A stretch of 64,000 bases of DNA from Thraustochytrium aureum (taxonomy: Eukaryota), in contig BLSG01000410.1 in assembly GCA_012862495.1 (NCBI GenBank), forward strand, positions 135,558-199,557. The letters are read 5' to 3'. Both the position numbers and the translations under genes were made by a program. Position 1 is the first letter of the stretch, and the number at the start of each line of letters is the position of its first letter. Below are positions 13,936 through 25,882 of the stretch, in pieces. The notes beneath the pieces were generated by a model, which was given only the letters and a program-made list of their open reading frames with translations, was not told the origin of the DNA and did not search any database.

Positions 13936-16900
13936 ATGTGGCGTCGCGCAGTGCGTCGCGTTGCTGGCGGCCGTGCATGTTCTCTGTCGCCCAAGGCTCG
14001 GCGCGGGCTGGCGGACGGCACCGTCGCTCCGCGGGTGGTGACGATCGGCGACGTGACGCTGGAGCGGCAGCCGCCGCGCAAGGTTGAACTGGTGCCACGA
14101 GGGTACGATCGGACGTATGGCGCTGCGGCTTCGCAGGAGGTGCTGGCGCACCTGAGGTGGATGCTGCAGAAGGACAAGCTGGGGCAGGATANGTTTTTGC
14201 TGGGGTCGCCCGGGCGCAGCCGGCGGCACTTGGCCCTGCGGTATGCAGAGCTCACCCAACGCGAGGTCGAGTACATTGCGATTAGCCGGGATACGACCGA
14301 GTCGGACCTCAAGCAGAGGCGCGAGATCATCGGCGGGACTGCCGTCTTTGCAGACCAAGCCCCGGTGCGCGCTGCGCTCCACGGGCGGCTGCTGATTGTG
14401 GACGGGATCGAGAAGGCGGAGCGCAACGTCCTGCCCACGCTCAACAACTTGCTGGAGAACCGCGAGATGCAGCTGGACGATGGCCGGTTCCTGATGGCCC
14501 CGGCGCGCTACGACGCGCTCGCCTCAGCAGGCGGCGCCCCAGAGCATCTGGTGCGCGCGCACCCAGAATTTCGCGTAGTTGCGCTGGGGCTCCCGGTGCC
14601 GCCGTTCAAGGGCAAGCCACTTGACCCGCCGCTCCGCTCGCGCTTCCAGGCGAGGGTGGTCGATCCGCTCGGCCCCAGCGAGCTGTGGGCCGAGATGGTG
14701 TACGCCGTCTCCACGATCGACGCAGGCGTCTCGGGGCGGCCCGACGACCTGCCGCGCCTAGTGGCGCTGAGCGGGGCGGCGGCCGCTTTGCGCGACATGG
14801 AAGAGGTCTGGGCGCGCCCAGGCGGAGCGGAGCAGGCCGGGACGCCGGGCATGCCACACTTTCCGGAGGACAGCTTGCCGGCTCTTGCGGCGCTCGCCCA
14901 TGCGCTTCCAGAGGAGCGAGTTGGGACTCTCCTGAACCGCGCGTTCCCGTTTTTCGACGAGATGCCCCTCCCGCGCGAGCTGGAGCCGTTTCGGAAAACG
15001 TGCCGCCTGTTGCTCGAGCAGCGGGCGGACGAACTTGTCGGCGGCGCGCCCGCCAGCGCGTTTCGTGCCGAGTCTGTCTACAAGCTGAAGAGCGTGACCG
15101 CAGGGGAGCGAGCTGACGGCCCGGGGGAGTTTGCTTTCGTCGCAATGCGCGGCCCCTCTAAGAACGAGGTTGTCACGCTGCGGGGCGAGGTTGGGCCGCT
15201 GCTCGGCCACGGCGAGGTGGGCCAGTTGCCGCAACGGAGCGGCCGGCACTTTCACGCGATCGACCNNNNNNNNNNNNNNNNNNNNNNNNNNNNNNNNNNN
15301 NNNNNNNNNNNNNNNNNNNNNNNNNNNNNNNNNNNNNNNNNNNNNNNNNNNNNNNNNNNNNNNNNNNNNNNNNNNNNNNNNNNNNNNNNNNNNNNNNNNN
15401 NNNNNNNNNNNNNNNNNNNNNNNNNNNNNNNNNNNNNNNNNNNNNNNNNNNNNNNNNNNNNNNNNNNNAGGACCACTGCGCCGGGCGGGACCTCCTCCTC
15501 GTCGGGGACGCCGGGTCGGGCAAGTCGCGGCTTGCAGAGCAGCTAGCAGCGAGGCTTGGGTACGAGACGCAGCTATTCAGTTTGTACAAAGACATGAGCG
15601 CGAGGGACCTGCTGCAGCGGCGCAGCACGGATGCCGAGGGCAACACGGGGTGGGACGATAGCCCCTTGATCAGCGCCGCTGTGAATGGCGACTTGCTGAT
15701 CATGGACGGGATCGACCGCGTCGACGCAGAGTCGCTGACTGTGATCCAGCGCCTACTGCAGGACCGGGAGGCCGACCTCTTTGACGGGCGCCGGCTTGGG
15801 CCGCATGGCGACCTGCAGGTCCATCCGCGCTTCCGCGTGCTTGCGCTTGCGACGGCGAGCCGGGGGAAAGCGGGGATGGCCTGGCTCACGTCCGAGCTCC
15901 TGAGCATGTTTTCGGTGCACCACTTGGAGCCACTGCAGCCCGCGGAGCAGGAGCTGATTGTGCGCGTGTGCCTCCCCGGCGTGCCCGGCGAGTTCCTTGA
16001 CACGCTCCGCGCGTTCTCAAACGCGCTAGCTGCGTCGACCTCGCCAGGATCGACGGGCCCCGGGACGGGCAACGCCCGCGGCAAGGCGGGCGTTGGGCGC
16101 AAATCAGGGCAAAGCGGCACCGTGGAGGCCACGCGGGCCGCCTCGCTCGGGCTCGCCCCGCTCTCGACGCGGCAAGTGATGCGGCTGTGTAGGTTTGCTG
16201 ATGCTTTCCCGGAGCGCGCCGCGCCCGAGATGCGCGAACGACTGAAAAACGTTTTGCTGGGGCACTTTCTTCCGACCTCGCAGAAGGTCGCGTTGGAGCA
16301 GCTGATGACCGAGATGGGCGTCAGCGGCGGCCAGCAGCAGCAGCAGCAGCAGCAGCAGCCAGGTGACTCTCGCCCCGAGGACCTTGAGATCTCCACTGAG
16401 GGCGGCGTTTTACGAATCGGCGACGTCGCTGCCAACGTCCGCGTCGCGGCGCGCCCGGAACTGGTTCCTGCGCCCGTCTTTTTCGACATCCCCAAGCACA
16501 AGGAGGTGCTCCGCGACCTGCTAGAGGACGTCGTGTCGAATGAAAAGTACATCCTGCTGATCGGCAACCAAGGCGTTGGCAAGAACAAGCTCGCCGACAG
16601 GCTGCTGCAGCTCCTGCAGTTTGAGCGCGAGTACATCCAGCTCCATCGCGACTCGACGGTGGGCAGCCTCACGCTCTCGCCGAGCCTGCGTCAGGGTATT
16701 GTCGTGTGGGAGGACTCGCCCTTGGTGCGGGCCGCGATCCATGGGCGCACTCTCATGGTTGACGAGGTCGACAAGGCGCCGCTCGAGGTGGTGAGCGTGC
16801 TGAAGAGCCTGATCGAAGACGAGGAGATGCTGCTCGCGGACGGACGGCGCCTTGTGAGCCGAGCCCGGTTCGACGCTGCCCGCGCGTCCGGTTCGCGGCA

Positions 16901-17435
16901 CGAGGAGTTTGTGCCGATCCACGACGAGTTTCGCATCTTGGCGCTGGCGAACCGCCCCGGCTGGCCCTTTCAGGGCAACTCGTTTTTTGCCGAGATTGGC
17001 GACATTTTCAGCTCGCACGTGATTGGCAACCCAGACGCGGCCTCCGAGCTGGAGCTGTTGCGGGCCTACGCGCCTTCCGTGGAGGTGCCCCTGCTTCGCA
17101 AGCTGGTCCGGTCGTTCGCGGACCTCCGCGCCCTGGTGGAGGATGGCGTGTTGGTCTACCCATACAGCGCGCGCGAGTGCGTCGCGGTGGCCAAGCACCT
17201 GGAGCAGTTCCCCGACGACGGGCTTGTCGGCACGTTGGAAAACGTTTTGGGTTTTGATAGCTACGATCCGCAGCTGCTGGAGGTCATCGTTGGCGTGTTC
17301 CAGCGGCACGGGGTGCCGTTGACCGTGCGGCGAGGGGCGGACCGCGGCGGGCGCCGCGCGTTAACGATTGCTGTCGCGGACGCCAAGGAGCTCCCTCCAG
17401 CAGTTGCGACGGAGGAGTGGACGCGCCAGGGGTAG
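13936..17435 (+). CDS. VWA8: VWA8-like mitochondrial AAA+ (AAA_5/MoxR-type) ATPase with three AAA modules and no vWA domain
   Basis: Arg-rich presequence MWRRAVRRVAGG, then LRWMLQKDKLGQDxFLLGSPG, ISRDTTESDLKQRREI, DGIEKAERNVLPTLNNLLENREMQLDDGRFL, LIGNQGVGKNKLADRLLQLL and ANRPGWPFQGNSFF, all characteristic of VWA8. Spans gap 15266-15468. Confidence 0.9.
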
Positions 17436-17865
17436 TCTGTGGTCCGAATCGAGTCAGCTCCCGAGATCGACCATTTGGGGGCCAGGCATGGATGGATCCC
17501 TTTCCTGTTTCGGGCCAACGGCCAGCTTGCTCTGCGCTTTAGGAACGAGCGATGCCAGGCAGGCAGACGAAGAGTTCTGTAGACAGAGTGACTGGGTGGC
17601 ACTTTCAAGTTGATTGATTGATTGATTGAATAATTGAAAAATCGACGTTCGTTCTCCATAATACGACGAGGGCGTGGCAGTTTCCGCTTTGGGACCCCAG
17701 CCCACTCTACGATCCCTCTGCACCGGGCGCGAAACCCATGGACGCGTCGTGGGGCCGGTTGCTCCCGAGCGGACCAACCGCTGAGCGCATGCGCAAGCGG
17801 CCCCCCGCGGCCCGAACACGTGCCCCAGCTCGGACGAGTAGCTCTAGAGCTAGTACTCCAAGTAG

Positions 17866-19176
17866 CTACCTTGCGAAGAAGCCGCCATACCGACGGCGGA
17901 TGAGGATCCCGGCGGCGAGCAGGCCCACGAGCCGGCCAAGCCAGGCCGGCGCATAGCGCGCCAGCGCCTTGCGCTGCACAAGATATGCGACAAGAAACAC
18001 CGCAGCGAAAGCCTGCAGCGGGTGCGTGCCCGGAGGGCTCGGCTTGCGGTGCGTGACAATGTGCGGCTTGCGCGCGTGCTCCTCCTCTGCAGAAGCGACG
18101 AGGGCCTCGATGGCGGCGTTGACGGGCTGCACGTGCTGCTCGTTGACGCCGTGCCCCGCGTCCGCAAAGTGAAGCCACTTTCCACAAAGCGCCTCGCTGA
18201 GAATCCGCGAGTTCCACGACCCCACCAGGTTGTCCTTCTCGCCGCTGATGACCAGCACGCCGAGCTTGAAGGAGCGGAGGCGCTCCAGCCGGTGCCACGA
18301 AACGTAGTGAGAGAGCACGGCGGGGAGCTGGCGCGCGACGCCGTCGAGCCGGATCTCTGGGGCGTTGCCGCTCTCAATGTACTTGCGTGCGCGGCGAATC
18401 ATGGCATACGCATAGCGGAGCCGGTTCGTCGTCAAAGGCACTTCTGGGGGGTGCTCGGCCTCCTTGTGCTTGTCAGCGTCTACCTCCTCGTCGAGGTGGT
18501 CGACGGGGAACAGAAGCTCGATTCCGGCGTCGAGCGACCCGGCCCCTCCCAACGCGGCCATGGTTCGCAAGAACGGCCGGAGCCCGTGCAGGGGCGGCAA
18601 TGTGCCGAGCAGACCACCCGCGTGCGTGGAGATGAGCGTCAGCGACGCGAACCTGGTTGGTGCCATGAGGACGAGCTCTTGCGCAGCCATGCCGCCCATG
18701 GAGAGGCCGACGACGTGGACCATGCTACCCCAGCCCTCGCCCTCGCCTGGCTTGGAGGACTTTTCGAGCTGCAGAAGCAGCTGCAGGTAGTCTGCGGCCA
18801 GGTCGGTGGTGCGCCAGCGGCCCAGGGGCGTGTCGCTGAGCCCCGTGCCGCGGTTGTCGACGAGGCAGACGGTGTACTGGTCGGCTTCGTCGATGCCAAA
18901 GTGCTCCAGCTGCGGCTCGAACTGGGTGTGCGTACCTGCCATGCCCATGAGCATGATCATCTTGCGCGGCCCGCGCCCGTGCACCTCGTAGTACAGCTTG
19001 TGCACCTTGCCGTGGCCGCTGACCACATAGCAAAACCTCGCCTCCTCCTGGTCAAAGTGCAGGTGCCTGGGCCGCGGCATCTGCTTGCTCGCGCAGTGAA
19101 TCACCTCATTCGTGCCGCCGCCGAGCACCGCGTACGGATGCCGTGTCTCCACAGCGTCCGCTTCACGGCTCGCCAT
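17866..19176 (-). CDS. Alpha/beta-fold hydrolase with C-terminal hydrophobic segments
   Basis: VDNRGTGLSD, nucleophile elbow GLSMGG, SGEKDNLV (Asp) and DAGHGVN (His). ATG at 19176 (MASREADAV). Confidence 0.88.
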   Translation of the reverse strand: MASREADAVETRHPYAVLGGGTNEVIHCASKQMPRPRHLHFDQEEARFCYVVSGHGKVHKLYYEVHGRGPRKMIMLMGMAGTHTQFEPQLEHFGIDEADQYTVCLVDNRGTGLSDTPLGRWRTTDLAADYLQLLLQLEKSSKPGEGEGWGSMVHVVGLSMGGMAAQELVLMAPTRFASLTLISTHAGGLLGTLPPLHGLRPFLRTMAALGGAGSLDAGIELLFPVDHLDEEVDADKHKEAEHPPEVPLTTNRLRYAYAMIRRARKYIESGNAPEIRLDGVARQLPAVLSHYVSWHRLERLRSFKLGVLVISGEKDNLVGSWNSRILSEALCGKWLHFADAGHGVNEQHVQPVNAAIEALVASAEEEHARKPHIVTHRKPSPPGTHPLQAFAAVFLVAYLVQRKALARYAPAWLGRLVGLLAAGILIRRRYGGFFAR

Positions 19177-19281
19177 CGCAGCCAACACACGCGGCGTCCC
19201 GCGAGGCGAACAGAAGCCCCCGAGCAACCAACAGATGCGACTGGCCGGACAACGCGCGCCCCTATCGCCCTGCTGCCCGAA

Positions 19282-19283
19282 CG

Positions 19284-19331
<48 letters not shown>
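19282..19331. repeat. (GCCT)n tetranucleotide microsatellite upstream of the hydrolase gene
   Basis: About 12 direct copies of gcct. Confidence 0.95.
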
Positions 19332-20444
19332 CGCGCCTCGTCGCCTTCGATCTGGACCAAGTATGCACGTGATCGAGTGCTCGACCCGCAGATTCCAATG
19401 CGCCACTCGACGGATGGTGCGCGTCCGCCATGTCCGATCAGCTGCACCTCCGCGTTGGCTCCGACGAACGAACGCGCCGCCCTTGGCCCATCCTCAGGCG
19501 AGCGATCGAGCGCGAATCGCCGATGATCGACCGCGGCAGGCATGCCAGGACCGGCGCGGTTTCANNNNNNNNNNNNNNNNNNNNNNNNNNNNNNNNNNNN
19601 NNNNNNNNNNNNNNNNNNNNNNNNNNNNNNNNNNNNNNNNNNNNNNNNNNNNNNNNNNNNNNNNNNNNNNNNNNNNNNNNNNNNNNNNNNNNNNNNNNNN
19701 NNNNNNNNNNNNNNNNNNNNNNNNNNNNNNNNNNNNNNNNNNNNNNNNNNNNNNNNNNNNNNNNNNNNNNNNNNNNNNNNNNNNNNNNNNNNNNNNNNNN
19801 NNNNNNNNNNNNNNNNNNNNNNNNNNNNNNNNNNNNNNNNNNNNNNNNNNNNNNNNNNNNNNNNNNNNNNNNNNNNNNNCGAGCGGCCGCAGATGCGCCT
19901 TTCGCGCTCGCACCGTGCTGCTCGCGCTCGAGCAGGAACTGGGCAAGCAAGCGCCTGGCCGATGTGGAGTCCACTTGATCGAACGAGCCGTGATCATCGA
20001 TCGTCGTCGATCTGCCAGGAGGACAAGCGCGGAGTGCGCCATGCCATGTGGACTTGCTGCTCCCCGAGCCTCAGCTGTCAGTCAGGAGAGCCAGCGCGTG
20101 AACGCGGCGGCCGCCCAGTCAGTCAGTCACTAGGGTGTTGTGAGTTGTGACTGAGGACTCGGAGGGCCGGAACGCGCGATTTCGCCACTGCCCGTGGGAG
20201 AGCTACCAGGCTGTCTTCACGGCTGCCGATGAGATGCCACACAAATCGCAGCGGCGTTCAGTGCAAGGCTGGGCAGACGCGCAACGAGCGGCAAGTCGAA
20301 CACGATCGCAGCGGCGATCTGAGCAGGGCTGTGGCAGACACGAAACGAACGGCAAGACACGAACGCGAGCTCGCGAGCGCAGAAGCGCAGAAGCGCAGAG
20401 GGCGGGCGTTGGCTAGGGCAGCGCACGAGGCTCACGGTGCAAGG

Positions 20445-23400
20445 ATGGAGTATTTTGCCGAGTCCGCCGAGGACGTGGTGGCCGCCATGGGGCGAGGCGT
20501 GACGAGAATCTTGTGCGTTTGGTTCGTGTGTCTGTGTTTGCTGCTGCGCGATGGCTGGTCGCGGACAAACTGATTGCACGCAGGACAGCTGAGAACTGAC
20601 GCATCGAAAACACCAACGGAAATGGCCACAGCGCTTTTGGCATCTGCATCGACGATACTGAAGCCATCGCGCTGGCCAACGCTCTCGAGACCAACACGAC
20701 GCTGACGCATCTAAGGTGTGTTGTCACGGTTGCAGATCTTTCGCTGCATCCAGGCAGGCTGCCGACGCGCTGGTGCTAACAAAGAGGGCATCGACAAAAA
20801 CATCCGCGTGCGGTCGAGCAACAGGTTTGAAAGGAACAATATCGGCAACGCAGGGGCTGGCGCGCTGGCCCAGTCGCTCCAGACCAACTCGACGCTGACT
20901 CATCTCAAGTAAGTCGTCCATGCTTATCGGGCCAGGTCTGAAATGGCTCGCCTTGGCTGACCAAGAGAGGGGCACGACCGAAATCAAACCGACAGGATCG
21001 GCAAGAACCAGGTCAACGACGAGGGGGCTCGAGCGCTGGCCACGGCCCTTGGGAACAACGCGGCGCTGAAAGTACTCGAGTACGTTTTGGCTGCAGACGT
21101 ATCTGTAGAGCTCTAGCTAAAGCTTGCTGGACAGCAGAGTGCGCCGTTTGCTCGCTCGCAGGAAGGAAGCCTTCGCCTCTCGCGTGCTATGTCGTCCACC
21201 AGAGCTAACGAGCTGGTTCTGCGCCAAAGCCTTGAAGGCAACGAGATCAGCAGCGAAGGGGCCACCAACCTGGCCCTGGCGCTCGAGACCAACTCGACGC
21301 TCTCCACGCTAGAGTAAGTCCTTGCGCATGCTGTGGCAGCTTCCAAGCAGGCTGGACCAATTAGTGGGTGCGCGTTCGAACGCTCTGACGTGTTGAGCTC
21401 AATGTCGAAACATCAGCCTTCACCACAACAAGATCTGCGACGGAGGGGCTTGCGCCTTGGCTCGAGCTCTCCGTAGGAACGCGACGCTCACTGCGCTGTT
21501 GTAAGTTTTGGCGGATTTGTGCGCCCGGCGTGTCAATGTTCTGCATGCTGCATCCACATGCTGGGGTGCTGACGGAATCAAAACGAGAAACAGCCTTGAC
21601 TGCAACCCCATCGGCTCTGACGGTATCGAGGCTCTGACCAAAGCGCTGGAGAGCAATTCGACCCTGACGAGGCTAGAGTAAGTAGTTGCGGCGCGCCAAG
21701 GTTCGCTACCGAAAAGTGTAGCTCATCCCCCAATGCTTGGGCGCACCCTTGCTGACGAGCGATATCATGAATCACTGCAACAGTGTTGGTTGCATGCACA
21801 GGAACACATCGACATGGCCGCTCCAGGACACGGCGCATGAACAAGAGCGCATGGAGCAAGAGCGCATGGAGCAAGAGCGCATGGAGCACGAGCGCATGGC
21901 GCAAGAGCGCATGGCGCAAGANNNNNNNNNNNNNNNNNNNNNNNNNNNNNNNNNNNNNNNNNNNNNNNNNNNNNNNNNNNNNNNNNNNNNNNNNNNNNNN
22001 NNNNNNNNNNNNNNNNNNNNNNNNNNNNNNNNNNNNNNNNNNNNNNNNNNNNNNNNNNNNNNNNNNNNNNNNNNNNNNNNNNNNNNNNNNNNNNNNNNNN
22101 NNNNNNNNNNNNNNNNNNNNNNNNNNNNNNNNNNNNNNNNNNNNNNNNNNNNNNNNNNNNNNNNNNNNNNNNNNNNNNNNNNNNNNNNNNNNNNNNNNNN
22201 NNNNNNNNNNNNNNNNNNNNNNNNNNNNNNNNNNNNNNNNNNNNNNNNNNNNNNNNNNNNNNNNNNNNNNNNNNNNNNNNNNNNNNNNNNNNNNNNNNNN
22301 NNNNNNNNNNNNNNNNNNNNNNNNNNNNNNNNNNNNNNNNNNNNNNNNNNNNNNNNNNNNNNNNNNNNNNNNNNNNNNNNNNNNNNNNNNNNNNNNNNNN
22401 NNNNNNNNNNNNNTGCCCAGGAGGCGCTGCATCATATCGCTTCATGGAAATCCCGCCATGACCTCTCGCGACTTCGGAACGCGACAGAAGCCGCCATCGA
22501 AGGGCAGGACGAGCCTCTGCCATCGCTCAAGTCGCTCCTCAAAGGTCAAGACAAGTTGGATGGGCTGGAAGGGTGGTTGACTGGAGTTCGCGAAACGATA
22601 CGACAGGAGATTGCTGCGCTCGAGAACCGAAACACTCAAGCCGATGCGCCTCTCTGCCTTGTGCGAGCCGCCCTTGCAACGATATCAGTGTACTACGGGT
22701 CAGTGTTGCCGGGCCAGGTCCAAGTGTTGAGGGACCGGCGCGAAGCAGCCAAGATAAAACTGAACGACGTTGCAGCTGGCGAGAACGAGCCCAGCTTTTC
22801 GCGGATCGAGAGCTGCGTCGCAGAGCTCCGCAGCGCGAGCCTCGGGCTCCGCGAAACCCGACACCGGCTTCAAATCCAGCTGCAAGATTTGGAGGAGGAT
22901 TTGGCCTACATAACTAGCCTGGACGAGCGCGCCAATGCCGTGGCAGAGATCGCAGATATCCAGCGCCAGCTGGACGAGCTGGACGCGGCAAGCACGCGGA
23001 GGCGGGTGGAGCACGAGCTTCTGAGAGAGCGGGCGCGCATCCTGAACATTGCGATGAAGCACTTTCCAGAGAAGCGCTTTGACGAGGGCTTTATACTCAG
23101 GCTGCGCGTCAATGCGGGACTCCCCGTCGCAGAGCTGTGTCGCAGCGGGGTCTGGTTGGACGGCGCAAGACAGAGCGATTTTATCGTCCAGGAAACCTTG
23201 GCGGCCGCAGGGTCCAAGACTGTGGTTCGGGCCACTGATTCGCGAGGGGCGGTGGTCGTGCTCAAGCGCTTCTTCCTCGGCGACGAGGACCGCCAGCGCC
23301 ACTTTTACCGGCAGTGCGGCGTGCTGCAAGCACTGCGCAATTCATTCGTGGTGTGTGTGCAGGGCGTCTTCGTGGAGGGTCACTTTGGGTTTCTTGTGAC

Positions 23401-24352
23401 GCCGTTTTACGATCGCGGCAGCCTGGACAAATGGCTGCTCACCGACGTTGGTCAGGCCCGCAGCGTCGAGGTCTGCAAGAGCATCGCTTGCGACGTGCTC
23501 GACGGCCTCGTGGCCATGCACGCTGCTGGGTGCGTCCATATGGACGTCAAGCCGGGAAACGTGCTGCTGACCCAGTCTGGTCGGGCCGTGATCGGCGACT
23601 TTGACGGCGTGCGGCAAGTCGACGCGACGGCAACGCGAGCTCTGCACGTCACTTTGAAATACCTCGCACCTGAGGTCGCTTCTGGCGCAGCAACGGCGGC
23701 GAGGAGCAGCGCTGACATGTATGCTTTCGGCAAGGTGCTCGCCGAGCTCTTCGGCGGGATCCACGACGTGGCTGCGTTGGTGGACGAGCTGTGCTCGGAA
23801 GACCCGACGGCCAGGCCAAGTGCGGCCCAAGTGCGCCGTCGGGCGTTCTTCGACCGTGCGGCGGTGGAAGTGCGAGACTGCATGGCGTGCATGGACAAGG
23901 TGGACCGCGCGCGCGCAGCATGCTGCCCGCAGGGCCACGCGGTGTGCCAGGAGTCGTGCCTGGAAGGCTTTCTCGGTGCGCTTCAGGACGAGCGACTCGC
24001 CCCGGACGGGTCGGTGTCGTGCAGAATATGCGACGAGCTGATCCCGAGCAGCGAACTGGCGCGCCTAGCCCCTCCTGCGGTGTGGGCCGCTGTGCAAGCG
24101 CGGCTTCAGGACCAGCATCGCGCCGACCTTGAGCGCGAGTTCAAGGCCCTCCTCGAGGCCGAGCTGGCAAAGGGAGAGATGGAGCTGGGCCTGCGGCGGC
24201 ATTGGAACCACATTACGGGAAGAATCCTTTCGCTGAGCTGCCCGCGGTGCGGCGAGGTTTTCGCGGACTTTGACAGGTGTTTCGCGATCTCGTGCGGACG
24301 GAACGGGTGCGGTTGCCACTTTTGCGCCTGGTGTCTGCAGGACTGCGGCGAC
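20445..24352 (+). CDS. Multi-exon protein: RI-type LRRs, coiled coil, protein kinase, RING and RBR-RING2-like domains; 3' end in gap
   Basis: Exons 20445-20512, 20632-20715, 20825-20908, 20996-21079, 21230-21313, 21417-21500, 21594-21677, then 21784 onward, all with GT..AG phase-2 introns. LRR consensus xLxxNxIxxxGAxxLAxALxxNxTLxxL, then an EQERM repeat, kinase motifs (VVLKRF, HMDVKPGNVLL, GDFD, YLAPE), and Cys-rich CMAC..CPQGHAVC..C..CRIC and CPRC..DRCFAISC..C..FCAWC. Continuity across gap 21922-22413 is inferred. Confidence 0.8.
21838..21921 (+). repeat. 15-nt coding tandem repeat (E/A-Q-E-R-M) running into an assembly gap
   Basis: At least 5 gcaagagcgcatgga-like units before the N-run. 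Confidence 0.9.
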
Positions 24353-25797
24353 NNNNNNNNNNNNNNNNNNNNNNNNNNNNNNNNNNNNNNNNNNNNNNNN
24401 NNNNNNNNNNNNNNNNNNNNNNNNNNNNNNNNNNNNNNNNNNNNNNNNNNNNNNNNNNNNNNNNNNNNNNNNNNNNNNNNNNNNNNNNNNNNNNNNNNNN
24501 NNNNNNNNNNNNNNNNNNNNNNNNNNNNNNNNNNNNNNNNNNNNNNNNNNNNNNNNNNNNNNNNNNNNNNNNNNNNNNNNNNNNNNNNNNNNNNNNNNNN
24601 NNNNNNNNNNNNNNNNNNNNNNNNNNNNNNNNNNNNNNNNNNNNNNNNNNNNNNNNNNNNNNNNNNNNNNNNNNNNNNNNNNNNNNNNNNNNNNNNNNNN
24701 NNNNNNNNNNNNNNNNNNNNNNNNNNNNNNNNNNNNNNNNNNNNNNNNNNNNNNNNNNNNNNNNNNNNNNNNNNNNNNNNNNNNNNNNNNNNNNNNNNNN
24801 NNNNNNNNNNNNNNNNNNNNNNNNNNNNNNNNNNNNNNNNNNNNNNNNNNNNNNNNNNNNNNNNNNNNNNNNNNNNNNNNNNNNNNNNNNNNNNNNNNNN
24901 NNNNNNNNNNNNNNNNNNNNNNNNNNNNNNNNNNNNNNNNNNNNNNNNNNNNNNNNNNNNNNNNNNNNNNNNNNNNNNNNNNNNNNNNNNNNNNNNNNNN
25001 NNNNNNNNNNNNNNNNNNNNNNNNNNNNNNNNNNNNNNNNNNNNNNNNNNNNNNNNNNCGCCGTTCATCTCGCCAGCGCGCGCGACCACACCGGTAAGCG
25101 CATCGAAGGCACATGGTAGAGTAGGCCTGCATGCCGGTGGTCGGTTTTTGTATCTCCCAGCGGACCTCTCATCACCCTCATGCATCATCTCATCACACTC
25201 GTCCACCCAGTGGCACGTCAGAACAGAACAGATTCGCCGTCATCGCCAAGAGATTCATTGATTTCAATTGTTCATGAAATCAAGATTCATTGCGTTTTCC
25301 AAGAATTCGTTCATCGTTCGTCTCTGCTGAAACGCCATTTTCCCGCCGTCACTCGCGCTTGTCGAATCCGCGACCAACATGGTTCCCCACGCGCGACTCA
25401 AGAGCGGAACAGAATCTGAAGATTCATCTTCTTCACCCCACAACACCGCGTCGCCTGGTCCCCCTCTCGGGCCCTCCCTGCCGAGTTACCCCGAGAGGCG
25501 CGGCACAAAGCCGATGCGCGCTGTCCCCTCCCGTGAAAACCTCCCACACACAGTAACCCCGGCTCACACAGCGGGTTCCCCTGAACGCCCTCCTAGCTCC
25601 CCTTCCTCCTCAACCACCCGCACCCTGTCGTTCCGCGCTCCCACCACCTTCCACTTCACTTTTGTGCCCTCTTACCGTTGAAGTTCAACTCGCGCGCCGC
25701 CCCCCAAATCCATTCATTCGCTCTCTCCCTTGACCGACCCCAAATTGATTTGGTCCACGTTGATTCCTTCGTTTTTCCTCCTTTTTTTCCTCGTTGG

Positions 25798-25882
25798 ATG
25801 AAAAAGCAACGAAAAAGCAACGAAAAAGCAACGAAAAACAATGAAAAGCAACGCAAAACAATGAAAAAGCAACGAAAAACAC
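25798..25882. repeat. A-rich ~11-nt minisatellite (gaaaaagcaac)
   Basis: About 7 degenerate copies in an AT-rich, low-complexity intergenic stretch. Confidence 0.8.

Noticed and set aside
18022..20133. Long antisense or shadow ORFs (e.g. 18022-20133+, 16521-17309-, 57062-57799-, 57956-59386+)
   Set aside because: They lie opposite well-supported genes or are extended through N-runs, as expected in high-GC coding DNA.
20632..21677. Regularly spaced similar units with unique spacers as a CRISPR-like array
   Set aside because: The units are degenerate 84-nt coding exons and the spacers are GT-AG introns. No cas genes; eukaryotic context.
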